Below, in pieces: positions 15,513 to 24,419 of a stretch of DNA of 42,744 nt (within the stretch, counting starts at the first letter, position 1; each line of letters begins with the position of its first letter). Under the pieces are notes generated by a model, which saw only the letters and a list, made by a program, of their open reading frames with translations, did not search any database and was not told the origin of the DNA. The translations under genes and the position numbers were made by a program. The stretch spans positions 1-42,744 of the IMG/VR virus record IMGVR_UViG_3300032116_000438. The stretch is one strand, 5' to 3'. The DNA is from a virus (lineage: Duplodnaviria; Caudoviricetes).

Positions 15513-16415
15513 ATGCAGTTAGAAACTGACACAGAAGACACTATTATTGAGCTTGACGACAAGGCTCCGTTTCTCGAAACAGAACCACTTCGCGACAAGC
15601 TATCTAAGATAGAGCCAGAAGACAAAGAAGAAGTAAAGCAGGAAGATAAGAAACCTGCGGATACTTCAGACGAAGATTCTGACAATGAAGATCTCGACGA
15701 GTACGGTGAACGTGTTCGTAAGCGTATTTCAAAAGAAGTTTGGAAACGTCGAGAGGCTGAACGTAAGAACAAAGAACTAGAAGACCGTTTAAACGAAGTC
15801 ATGGGATCTTATAAAGAAACCCATACTAATTTGATCAGGTCTAACGAGGCTGCACTTTCTGCTCGTGAAGAGGCCATTAAGTCTGAGTTTGAGAAAATCC
15901 AGACTACTTACAAGAACTCTTATGACAGTGGTGACACTGATGAGATGTTCAGGGCTACTGACCGACTTACAGATCTCAAGGCAGAGCTTCGTGACATTGA
16001 GGGATTTAAGGGTCGTCTTAAGCGGGAAGCCGCTGTAGAAGAGCCTGTACAGAGGCCAAGATCAAACGGACCAGATGAACGTGCCGTTGATTGGGCTTCA
16101 AAGAATGAATGGTTTGGTAAGGATGTCGCAAAGACAGGTGCTGCCTATGCCATTGATGCGAGTCTGAAGTCGGAAGGTTTTGATCCTTCTTCAGATGACT
16201 ATTACGAGGAACTTAATAATCGGCTTTATAAAGAGTTTCCTTCCCTTGCAAAGAAGGAAGCACCTAAGACTGCCGCAGTTAAATCATCCTCGCAGCAAGT
16301 AGCTGGGGTTTCGCGTGGCTCCACTAGCCGCCAGATTAAGCTTTCTCCATCACAAGTACAGATGGCAAATAAGCTTGGCGTTCCACTTGCCGAATATGCG
16401 CGTTATTTAAAATAA
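15513..16415 (+). CDS. Capsid scaffolding protein (putative)
   Basis: Acidic coiled coil, D.RA..WA.KN.WFG, and C-terminal KLSPSQV.MA.KLGVPL.EYA; lies upstream of the capsid genes; GGGGAG RBS. Confidence 0.75.
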   Translation: MQLETDTEDTIIELDDKAPFLETEPLRDKLSKIEPEDKEEVKQEDKKPADTSDEDSDNEDLDEYGERVRKRISKEVWKRREAERKNKELEDRLNEVMGSYKETHTNLIRSNEAALSAREEAIKSEFEKIQTTYKNSYDSGDTDEMFRATDRLTDLKAELRDIEGFKGRLKREAAVEEPVQRPRSNGPDERAVDWASKNEWFGKDVAKTGAAYAIDASLKSEGFDPSSDDYYEELNNRLYKEFPSLAKKEAPKTAAVKSSSQQVAGVSRGSTSRQIKLSPSQVQMANKLGVPLAEYARYLK

Positions 16416-16426
16416 GGGATATTGAA

Positions 16427-16879
16427 ATGCAACCAGCCCGTAAAACACGAGATGAGATTTCTCGCAAGAAGACTTACCGTCCACCTTCCGTCCTTGATAT
16501 GCCTACACCTAACAGTGACGATGTTGAATATCGTTGGATTCGAGTAGCAATTCGAAACGAAGATGACGCTAAGAATTTATCCAGCCGTCGCCGGGAAGGC
16601 TGGGTTCCTGTTATGCAGGACGAACATTCCGGTTTTGATGGTCCTTCTGTAGGGGATGGAAAGTACACTGGAGCAATTGGTATCGGTGATTTGGTTCTCA
16701 TGAAGAACAGCTTTGAGAATAATGAATCTCGTAGAGATTATTATGCTGGAAAGACTAGTACTCAAGAAGAAGCAGTTGACAACGATATGATGCGCGAACA
16801 GCACCCTTCTATGCCTTTATTGAGGGAGCGTAAATCAACCTCAACTCGTGGCACTCGGAAAAATAAATTTGATGATTAA
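16427..16879 (+). CDS. Conserved head-module protein
   Basis: YRWIR...REGW.PV...IG.G.L.LMK...R..YY motif. Confidence 0.75.
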   Translation: MQPARKTRDEISRKKTYRPPSVLDMPTPNSDDVEYRWIRVAIRNEDDAKNLSSRRREGWVPVMQDEHSGFDGPSVGDGKYTGAIGIGDLVLMKNSFENNESRRDYYAGKTSTQEEAVDNDMMREQHPSMPLLRERKSTSTRGTRKNKFDD

Positions 16880-16916
16880 TTTAATTTCGGGGCCACAGCT
16901 AACTAGGAGTTAAAAA

Positions 16917-17459
16917 ATGGCTGCTTATGGCTTTAAGCCCCACCGCCACCTTTCGGGTGGTGTAATTCGCGCACAGGAATACCTTATTTCTGCTGCGTAC
17001 ACGACTAAAATCCACACTGGTGCTCCAGTAAAAATCGTTTCGGGTTATATCAACCTTGCAGCGGCTGGTGACACTATGGTTGGTATCTTCGGAGGTGTCT
17101 CTTATGTCAACTCCGCAGGTGAGACGAAGTTCTCTCGCTATTGGACTGGTGAAGCAAGTGCAACAAACATCAAGGCTTTTGTCTATGATGATCCTGATAT
17201 CTTGTTCTCCTGCTATGACGATGGTGTTTCAGACTACTTGACACAGGCTGATGTTGGCACGACTGGCGATCATGTCGCTGGTACTGCAAGTGACATCACT
17301 GGCGTGTCTGGTGCGATGCTTGATACATCCACTGTCGGCACTGACGCTGGGTTCCGTTTGATTGGTCTTGTACCAGCACCGGGAGCCGCTTTTGGAACAG
17401 CAAATGGTACACAGGCAGAAGTGATCGTCTTGATCAACGAACACCTGTATGCTCGTTAA
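16917..17459 (+). CDS. Putative capsid decoration/cement protein
   Basis: YGFKP...G.F.G..Y...A.VYDDP...F...V.INEH; immediately before the major capsid gene. Confidence 0.7.
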   Translation: MAAYGFKPHRHLSGGVIRAQEYLISAAYTTKIHTGAPVKIVSGYINLAAAGDTMVGIFGGVSYVNSAGETKFSRYWTGEASATNIKAFVYDDPDILFSCYDDGVSDYLTQADVGTTGDHVAGTASDITGVSGAMLDTSTVGTDAGFRLIGLVPAPGAAFGTANGTQAEVIVLINEHLYAR

Positions 17460-17474
17460 TAGGGAGAATGAACA

Positions 17475-18377
17475 ATGATTAATCGCGCACAAATCCTCCG
17501 GGAACTTGAACCCGGCCTCCATGCTCTCTTTGGCATTGAGTATAAGCGTTACGAGAATCAACACGCTGCGATTTTCGACGCAATGACCTCTGATCGTGCT
17601 TTTGAAGAAGAAGTGTTGATCGTCGGTTTTGGTGCTGCTCCTACGAAGGCAGAAGGTCAGGGAATTTCCTATGACGAAGCTGCTGAATCGTGGGTGTCTC
17701 GCTACAACCATGAGACGATTGCCCTCGGCTTCCAGATCACGGAAGAGGCAATGGAAGATAATCTCTATGATTCTCTTGCAACTCGCTACACGAAGGCTCT
17801 TGCCCGTTCTATGGCCCATTCGAAGCAGGTTAAGGCAGCATCTGTGCTGAACAACGCCTTCGCTGCGTCTGGCTACACGGGTGGCGATGGTAAGACTCTC
17901 TGCGCCACTGATCACCCTCTCTGGGGTGGTGGTACACTGTCGAACCGCGCTGCTGCAGACATCTCTGAAACGGCACTGGAAAATGCTTTGATCTCAATCG
18001 GCGATTTCGTCGATGATCGTGGCCTTCCAATCGCTCTTCAGGCTTCCCGTCTGATCATTCCTAATGAATTGACGTTCGTTGCAGAGCGTCTCCTCAAGAC
18101 GGAATATCGTCCGGGTTCTGCAGACAATGATGTCAACGCAATCGTTTCGACTGGCGTTATTGGTGGTGGCTACACCGTCAACAACTACCTCACCGATCCA
18201 GATGCGTGGTTCATCAAGACTGACTGCCCAGACGGCATGAAGATGTTCCAGCGTCGTGCGCTTAAGACGGCAATGGAAGGTGACTTTGAGTCGGGCAACG
18301 TGCGTTACAAGGCTTCTGAGCGGTATTCGTTCGGTTGGTCTAACCCACGTGCCGTCTACGGTTCGCCGGGCGTCTAA
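17475..18377 (+). CDS. Major capsid protein (HK97 fold, Mu gpT-like family)
   Basis: RAQ..RELEPGL.ALFG.EY, SDRAFEEEV, HETIALGF.ITEEA.EDNLY, YLTDPDAWF.KTD, GDF..GNVRYKA.ERYSFG; strong RBS; followed by a terminator. Confidence 0.93.
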   Translation: MINRAQILRELEPGLHALFGIEYKRYENQHAAIFDAMTSDRAFEEEVLIVGFGAAPTKAEGQGISYDEAAESWVSRYNHETIALGFQITEEAMEDNLYDSLATRYTKALARSMAHSKQVKAASVLNNAFAASGYTGGDGKTLCATDHPLWGGGTLSNRAAADISETALENALISIGDFVDDRGLPIALQASRLIIPNELTFVAERLLKTEYRPGSADNDVNAIVSTGVIGGGYTVNNYLTDPDAWFIKTDCPDGMKMFQRRALKTAMEGDFESGNVRYKASERYSFGWSNPRAVYGSPGV

Positions 18378-18385
18378 TAGGCTAC

Positions 18386-18415
18386 AGGGGGAGGGAAAAA
18401 TCTCTCCCCCTTTTT
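18386..18415 (+). terminator. Intrinsic terminator after the major capsid gene
   Basis: AGGGGGAGGGA-AAAA-TCTCTCCCCCT-TTTT. Confidence 0.85.
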
Positions 18416-18419
18416 CAAC

Positions 18420-18470
18420 TTGTACTGACAGCCTTGGCTGACTTTGCGAGACAGTACAATTTAACGCAAT
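18420..18470 (+). ncRNA. Structured element downstream of the capsid gene (Mu-gpT-DE-like)
   Basis: Outer stem TTGTACTG/CAGTACAA, inner hairpin CAGC-CTTG-GCTG, and TTGCG (18444-18448) complementary to CGCAA (18465-18469) next to the RBS. Confidence 0.55.
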
Positions 18471-18481
18471 AGGAGACTACA

Positions 18482-18958
18482 ATGGGTTCGACTACTTTTT
18501 CAGGTCCAGTTACATCTAAGGCTGGATTTATTACAGGCACTGACGCAAATATTTTGACGGAAGCCGCTACTCTTGATGTTACGCAGGAATCACATAGCGG
18601 TCGTATTATCAATCTTGGTGTTGCTTCAGGCACGACTGTTACTCTTCCTGCAGCAACTGGTACAAATGCTATGTATCGTTTCCTTGTAACAGTTAGCGTA
18701 ACAAGCAACAGTGATATCATTAAGGTGGCAAATGCCACTGACGTTATGGTTGGAACAGCAAGTGTTGCTGGTACGACTGGCGTTAACTTCGGTACGCTTC
18801 CAGCATCTGACACGCTTACAATGAACGGTTCTACGCAGGGTGGCCTTGCTGGTTCGTACATTGAGGTAACCGATGTCGCTTCTGGTATCTTTGTGGTTCG
18901 TGCTAACTTGCTCGGTTCGGGCAGTGTTATTACGCCATTCAGTGCTGCAGTTTCGTAA
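18482..18958 (+). CDS. Minor capsid/virion protein
   Basis: N-terminal TTFSGPV.S..GF, typical of the gene after the capsid gene in this group; TLPAATG. Confidence 0.75.
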   Translation: MGSTTFSGPVTSKAGFITGTDANILTEAATLDVTQESHSGRIINLGVASGTTVTLPAATGTNAMYRFLVTVSVTSNSDIIKVANATDVMVGTASVAGTTGVNFGTLPASDTLTMNGSTQGGLAGSYIEVTDVASGIFVVRANLLGSGSVITPFSAAVS

Positions 18959-18977
18959 TATAAGATAGGAAAACAAA

Positions 18978-19361
18978 ATGGCAGATGCAGTAACTTCTCA
19001 AGTTATCTTTGATAGCAAGACACGTCTCATTATGAAATTCACCAATATCTCTGATGGTGTTGGTGAAGCCGCCGTGACAAAGGTTACTGCATCTACCTAT
19101 CTTTGCGACGAATTGTACATTGAACGAGTCGATTTTATGAATCAGGGTATGGGTGTAGATATTCTTTTTGATGCAACTACGCCTGTAGTAGCTCTCACAT
19201 TGCCAGACAACAACATGAATTTTGACTTTACACGTTTTGGTGGAATTAAGAATAATGCTGGTGCTGGAAAGAATGGTAACATTAAGTTTACCACCGTTGG
19301 TGCTGCATCTGGTGACCGTTATACGATTATCCTCGAAATGAGGAAAGTCAACTCTCAATAA
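18978..19361 (+). CDS. Conserved virion protein
   Basis: MADAVTSQ...D.....MKFTNISDG.GE..V.KV...DF..FGG..NNAG.G..G.I.FTT. Confidence 0.75.
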   Translation: MADAVTSQVIFDSKTRLIMKFTNISDGVGEAAVTKVTASTYLCDELYIERVDFMNQGMGVDILFDATTPVVALTLPDNNMNFDFTRFGGIKNNAGAGKNGNIKFTTVGAASGDRYTIILEMRKVNSQ

Positions 19362-19371
19362 GGAATTTTAA

Positions 19372-20037
19372 ATGGCGACTTCAGGAACATCTACATTCAA
19401 TCTTACTGTGGATGACATTATTGCTGAAGCCTATGAGCCACTTGGAGTCCTTACACCAACTGGTCATGAGCTTAAATCAGCGCGTAGAAGTTTAAACCTT
19501 CTGTTCAGAGAATTCTCTAATAGAAATCTCTTTGCATTTATTTCTGAGAAGGATTCAATTTCTACTGTGGCGTCTACCGCTACATATGTATTAGATGCAA
19601 ACGCACTTGATATTATGAATGTGACTGTTACAGTAAGCTCTACTGATATTGAGCTAACTCGTTATTCATATAGTGATTATGCTGTAATTCCAGACAAAAC
19701 ATCAACAGGTACTCCGTCTACTTATTATGTAGATAAGCAAAGAGACGCAATTGTTCTGTATCTATGGCCCGTTCCTGATGCTGTATATACAGTTAAGTTT
19801 GAAAAGAAGCGTAAGATCCAAGACGTTGGTGACTATACCAACACTATCGATGTTCCTGATCAGCTTCTTCCAGCTATTATTTCAGGTCTGACATATAAGT
19901 TGGCACTTAAGAAACCAGCATCTGCACCAGCTTGGCCTTCGTTCCTTGCAGAGTTTGATCGTAATATGAACTATGCAATGGAAGGGGATCGTGATCGTAC
20001 TAGTACATTTATGTATCCATCCATGCGGCGTAGGTAA
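19372..20037 (+). CDS. Head-tail adaptor/neck protein (putative)
   Basis: MATSGT..FNL...II.EAY, L.SARRSLNLLF, Y..IP.K...G.PS.YY, LYLWPVPD. Confidence 0.75.
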   Translation: MATSGTSTFNLTVDDIIAEAYEPLGVLTPTGHELKSARRSLNLLFREFSNRNLFAFISEKDSISTVASTATYVLDANALDIMNVTVTVSSTDIELTRYSYSDYAVIPDKTSTGTPSTYYVDKQRDAIVLYLWPVPDAVYTVKFEKKRKIQDVGDYTNTIDVPDQLLPAIISGLTYKLALKKPASAPAWPSFLAEFDRNMNYAMEGDRDRTSTFMYPSMRRR

Positions 20038-20039
20038 TT

Positions 20040-20303
20040 ATGAGTTCTATTAGCAACATGTATCTTGGTATCTGTGATCGTTGCGGATTGCAGTATAAGA
20101 AGGTCACTCTCAAGAAGGAGTGGACAAACATGGTTGTGTGCGAATCATGCTATGAGGAAAAGCATCCTCAGTTAGAACCTAGACATAAAGATCTTGGAGA
20201 TCCTAAGCCTCTAAGAGATCCGCGTAAAGATACACCAATACAGACATCAAGTAATGCAGCATATACTGCAGCATTTCCGCACACAGCAGGTGGTAGACCA
20301 TGA
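20040..20303 (+). CDS. Small CxxC-CxxC protein of the neck module
   Basis: CDRCG..Y....L.KEW....VC..C.E.KHPQL...PR.D. Confidence 0.75.
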   Translation: MSSISNMYLGICDRCGLQYKKVTLKKEWTNMVVCESCYEEKHPQLEPRHKDLGDPKPLRDPRKDTPIQTSSNAAYTAAFPHTAGGRP

Positions 20304-20908
20304 ACTATACAACTTTAAAAGCTGGTATTGTAAGCTGGTTGAACAACGAGTCTACGGAACTTGCCGCGAATTTAGATCAAATCATTAAAAATGCAGAAAA
20401 TCGGATTCTTCGTGAGTCCGATCTTCGCCTGTTTAGAAAACACGCAACTGCCAATCTTATCGCATCTGATCCATATCTTGGATTACCAACAGACTGTCTG
20501 GTTGTAAGATATATCCGTTTAAACACAGGAGACTTTCTTGAACTTCGTGCAGAAAGCTTTATTCGCGAATACACACCTAATTCTGCAACTACAGGTACAC
20601 CAAAATACTATGCTCATTGGGATGCTAATACTATATTCCTAGCACCAACACCGTCTGCTGCGTCTGCTGTTGAAATTTCATACACGTATAGCCCTGCCTC
20701 TATTGTTACAGCAGCAACTACGTGGCTTGGAACAAACGCAGAAGATGTACTATTTGCTGCGTGTGTGTACGAAGGAGCTATTTATCTTCAAGCCGCGCCA
20801 GACCTTTTAACTATGTACAAAACAAGTTATACTGAGGCAATGCAGCGTTTGCAACTTATGGAAACAAGAAACTCATCTGACGAGTTTAAAACTAAGGGTC
20901 TTATCTAA
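20300..20908 (+). CDS. Neck/tail tubular-type protein (putative)
   Basis: MNY..LK..I, I.NAE.RI.R, G.PKYYA.W......APTP, TTWL...A...L. Confidence 0.75.
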   Translation: MNYTTLKAGIVSWLNNESTELAANLDQIIKNAENRILRESDLRLFRKHATANLIASDPYLGLPTDCLVVRYIRLNTGDFLELRAESFIREYTPNSATTGTPKYYAHWDANTIFLAPTPSAASAVEISYTYSPASIVTAATTWLGTNAEDVLFAACVYEGAIYLQAAPDLLTMYKTSYTEAMQRLQLMETRNSSDEFKTKGLI

Positions 20909-21327
20909 TGGCGAGTGCAGTTTGTAATTCATTTAAAACAGAAGTCCTTGGTGGGACTCACGATCTTGACACTGATGTAATTAAGTTGGCACTTTATACA
21001 AGTGCAGCTTCTCTATCAGCATCAACTACGGCTTATAGTTCTACTAATGAAGTATCTAGTAGCGGAACTAATTATACTGCTGGTGGTAATACATTGGCTG
21101 GTGCTGTAATTTCCCTTGATAGTTCAACTGCAATTGTAGACTTTACGGATACAGCTTGGACAACAGCAACATTTACTGCTCGTTATGGTTTAATTTATAA
21201 TTCTTCAAAAACAAATAAAGCAATTGCAGTATTAGACTTTACGACTGATCAGACAGCAACGAATGGAACATTTACTGTGGTATTCCCAGCAGCAGCAGCA
21301 GCGACGGCTATTATTAGGTTGGCATAA
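20908..21327 (+). CDS. Conserved tail/virion protein
   Basis: C.SFK.E.L...HD....KLALYT, Y.AGG..L, VDF.D..W, AR..LIYN, AIAVLDF, FP......AIIR. Confidence 0.75.
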   Translation: MASAVCNSFKTEVLGGTHDLDTDVIKLALYTSAASLSASTTAYSSTNEVSSSGTNYTAGGNTLAGAVISLDSSTAIVDFTDTAWTTATFTARYGLIYNSSKTNKAIAVLDFTTDQTATNGTFTVVFPAAAAATAIIRLA

Positions 21328-23141
21328 TGGCAATATCACTAAAACATGCATTTAATTCAGGAAAGTCAGACGGTGTTGACGCAACACTTGTACAGCCTTC
21401 TAATTGGAACGCTGAACATACGTTGCAGTTGGCAACTGGTAAGCTTGTAGGTAGGACTACAGCAAGTACAGGTGCTGCTGAAGAAATTGCTGTTTCTGGT
21501 GATCTTCTATTGTCCAGTGGTACGCTTGGTATAAATACAAGTGTAGCTACACTTACTGACACGCAAACACTTACAAATAAAACACTTACGTCACCAACCA
21601 TTGCAACGCCAACTATTACTACCTCTGCAACTGTTCCTGCTGTTATTGGTGGCACGGCAGTTTCTTCAGCGTTGACTTTGCAATCAACATCGGGCGTCGG
21701 TACGTCCGACAGCATTGCGCTGAAGGTTGGCAATAACGGTGCGACTACGGCGATGACGATTAATACGTCGGGTGAGATTGGGATTGGGACAACATCACAG
21801 TCTGGTAATACTATACGGGTATCAAAAAACCTAACTAGTAGTACCACTAATGCTTTTGGAATCCAATTAGACGGGCAAATTCAATCAAGTATAACTGGTG
21901 CTGCGTTTTATTTTGCATCGAATGCCAGCGCGGCATCTGGTACTTTGGGTGAGCTACACCACTTTCGCGCTTTTCAGTCTGGACTAGGGACTGCTACATT
22001 TACAAAGCAGTATGGGTTTAATGCAAGATCCAGCCTAATCGGGGCCACTAACAATTACGGACATTTCGCTGACGACACCGCCGCAGTAACGGCGGGTAAA
22101 ACGGCTTACGGGTTCTACTCTGGAATAAACACCGCCACGGGCGGCGGCACTACGTATGGATTCTACGCTGCCGGGACTGCGCCAAACTATTTTGGTGGAA
22201 CAGTAACATCTGCAACATCTACAACAACGCCGCTTCTTATTGGTGGAACGACTGCGTCTTCATCCCTCACGCTTCAATCAACAAGTGGTGTCGGCACGTC
22301 CGACAGCATCGCGTTCAAGGTTGGCAATAACGGTGCGACTACGGCGATGACCGCCAATACGAGCGGGAATATTGAATTTAGGGCAGGTACTGCGGCTCTC
22401 CCAGCAATTACCACAACTGGCGACACCAACACGGGCATCTTCTTCCCTGCCGCTGATACGATTGCCTTCACTGAGGGCGGTGCGGAGGCTATGCGTATCG
22501 ACTCGTCTGGCAATGTCGGGATTGGGACAACGACGCCAAGCACTAAACTTCACGTAGCTGGGGAACTCACTCTTGGCCCTGTGTCTACAGAGGGTGGACA
22601 GGTTACATTCCATAACCCAGACGCATCAACTGGGTTGGTTATTGATGTAAGCGCCGCGAATAATGCTCGTATATTTAACACAACAAATAATTTTAATTTA
22701 CAAATTGGTCAAATTGTCGGCACTGGCGGGACTATTGACTTTTATACTAATGCTACTTCACGGGCGGTGATTAATTCAAGCGGAGATTTCGCATTCAACT
22801 CCGGCTACGGCTCGGCAGCAAGGGCATACGGCTGTCGTGCGTGGGTTAATTTTAATGGCACGACCAACACGGCTGGGTTCTGTACTATCCGTGGCAGTGG
22901 CGGTGTTACAAGTGTTGCTGACAATGGTGTTGGATTGTACGGTATTAATTTGGCATTTGCGATGCCGGATGTAAATTATTCAACAGTATTGACCCCAATG
23001 CAACAAGCCGCAGGAACAAACGGATTAACAGCAACTAATATATTAACTCAAACTACGGTTGCAATAACAATTAGTAACGGTGACACTAGCGGAAATTCAT
23101 ACAACGACAGTTCAATTATTTGTGCCGCGATATTTAGGTAA
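21327..23141 (+). CDS. Tail fibre protein
   Basis: N-terminal DATLVQPSNWNAEH, TQTLTNKTLTSP, GDTNTGIFFPAADTIAF..GG.E.MRIDSSGNVGIGTT, and a C-terminal RAWVNFNG tip; internal repeat. Confidence 0.88.
   Translation: MAISLKHAFNSGKSDGVDATLVQPSNWNAEHTLQLATGKLVGRTTASTGAAEEIAVSGDLLLSSGTLGINTSVATLTDTQTLTNKTLTSPTIATPTITTSATVPAVIGGTAVSSALTLQSTSGVGTSDSIALKVGNNGATTAMTINTSGEIGIGTTSQSGNTIRVSKNLTSSTTNAFGIQLDGQIQSSITGAAFYFASNASAASGTLGELHHFRAFQSGLGTATFTKQYGFNARSSLIGATNNYGHFADDTAAVTAGKTAYGFYSGINTATGGGTTYGFYAAGTAPNYFGGTVTSATSTTTPLLIGGTTASSSLTLQSTSGVGTSDSIAFKVGNNGATTAMTANTSGNIEFRAGTAALPAITTTGDTNTGIFFPAADTIAFTEGGAEAMRIDSSGNVGIGTTTPSTKLHVAGELTLGPVSTEGGQVTFHNPDASTGLVIDVSAANNARIFNTTNNFNLQIGQIVGTGGTIDFYTNATSRAVINSSGDFAFNSGYGSAARAYGCRAWVNFNGTTNTAGFCTIRGSGGVTSVADNGVGLYGINLAFAMPDVNYSTVLTPMQQAAGTNGLTATNILTQTTVAITISNGDTSGNSYNDSSIICAAIFR
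21723..22351 (+). repeat. 35-bp exact direct repeat inside the tail fibre gene (21723-21757 and 22317-22351)
   Basis: AAGGTTGGCAATAACGGTGCGACTACGGCGATGAC occurs twice, 594 bp (198 codons) apart, within a longer ~35-aa repeat. Confidence 0.9.
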
Positions 23142-23150
23142 GGACACACA

Positions 23151-23414
23151 ATGAACCGTATTATTTACCCAAACGACGACGGTGGAGTATCCATCCTCAT
23201 CCCCGCTCCAGAGGCTCTTGAGACGATGACCATTGAGGAAATTGCTGCCAAGGACGTACCTGCTGGTAAGCCATTTAAGATCGTAGACGTGTCCGACATT
23301 CCATCTGACCGCACGTTCCGCAATGCGTGGGAGGCAGATATGTCATCGCCTGATGGGACGGGTATGGGGCATGAGGCATGGTTTGCCGCACAGAATACCG
23401 GAGACGAAGCATGA
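23151..23414 (+). CDS. Tail fibre assembly/chaperone-like protein, part 1
   Basis: IIY...GGV.ILIP....EIAAKDVP.G.P.KIV...DIPSDRTFRNAW; follows the fibre gene. Confidence 0.75.
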   Translation: MNRIIYPNDDGGVSILIPAPEALETMTIEEIAAKDVPAGKPFKIVDVSDIPSDRTFRNAWEADMSSPDGTGMGHEAWFAAQNTGDEA

Positions 23415-23632
23415 TCACGATCAACATCGCCAAGGCCAAGGACATCACGAAGGACCGTCTACGGGCAGAGCGTGAGCCACTACTCGCCGCGCAGGACGTA
23501 GCGTTCCAACGTGCATTAGAGAGCAATGCAGATACCGCAGCCATTGTCGCAGAGAAGCAGCGGCTGCGCGACATCACCAAGGTCGTGGATACGTGCTCGA
23601 CGGTGGAAGAGCTAAAAGCACTTGAGGTGTAA
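23411..23632 (+). CDS. Tail fibre assembly/chaperone-like protein, part 2
   Basis: MITINIAKAK.I.K..LR..R.PLL...DV.F.RALE.......I...KQ.LRD.T; ATGA overlap. Confidence 0.75.
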   Translation: MITINIAKAKDITKDRLRAEREPLLAAQDVAFQRALESNADTAAIVAEKQRLRDITKVVDTCSTVEELKALEV

Positions 23633-24408
23633 TGGCATTAGCATTTGAATCATCAGCATTTGAGACTACTGCTTTTGAAGCAGGAAATCCAAGTGCTACT
23701 GTATTTCCATCTTTAGATAGCCTACTATCATTTGTCGGAACACCAGTTGTTACCGCAAGTGCTTCAGTTCTGCCTATTAATTCAGGCATGACAATAAATA
23801 CTGGTTCCGTTGTAATAACAGGTGCTGCAAATATATTCGCGTCTGGTTTAAGCGCATCATTCTCTGTTGGTTCTAGCACTATACAGGGAACAGCAAATGT
23901 ATTGCCAACTTCCGTAAGTGGAACATTAAACTTAGGTACACCTGTAATAACTGCAGGTGCTACTGTGCTTCCTATAAATACTGGATTAAGTATCAATATT
24001 GGTACAGTTGTACTAACTGCTGACGCTAATAAGTCTGTTACTTGCAATGGAATTGTTATTAGTGTAGGATCACCTACAATAGAACTCGCCATTCAAGTTG
24101 ATGTACTTGGTGTTTCTGCTTCATTTGATAATGGTACAGTAGTCGTAAACGCTGCTGCGAATGTAATTCCATCTGGTGTACAGTTAAATATTGTATGTAA
24201 CAATGTTGTAACATGGGGTTTATTGTCTACTGGTGATAGTGAATCTTGGTCTGCTACGTCAAGCGGTGGAACAGAATCTTGGACTGAAGTAGTCCTAACT
24301 GATACAGAGACATGGAATCCTATAAGTGCGGGTTCATCTGAATCTTGGATTGACATTACATCTTCTGGGTCAGAAGCTTGGTTAGAAAAAAATGCACAGG
24401 GTGATTAA
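23632..24408 (+). CDS. Repetitive beta-rich virion protein with C-terminal W repeats
   Basis: FE..AF N-terminus, ~24-aa V/T/G repeats, and repeated E.W motifs. Confidence 0.65.
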   Translation: MALAFESSAFETTAFEAGNPSATVFPSLDSLLSFVGTPVVTASASVLPINSGMTINTGSVVITGAANIFASGLSASFSVGSSTIQGTANVLPTSVSGTLNLGTPVITAGATVLPINTGLSINIGTVVLTADANKSVTCNGIVISVGSPTIELAIQVDVLGVSASFDNGTVVVNAAANVIPSGVQLNIVCNNVVTWGLLSTGDSESWSATSSGGTESWTEVVLTDTETWNPISAGSSESWIDITSSGSEAWLEKNAQGD

Positions 24409-24419
24409 GGATTTAAAAA

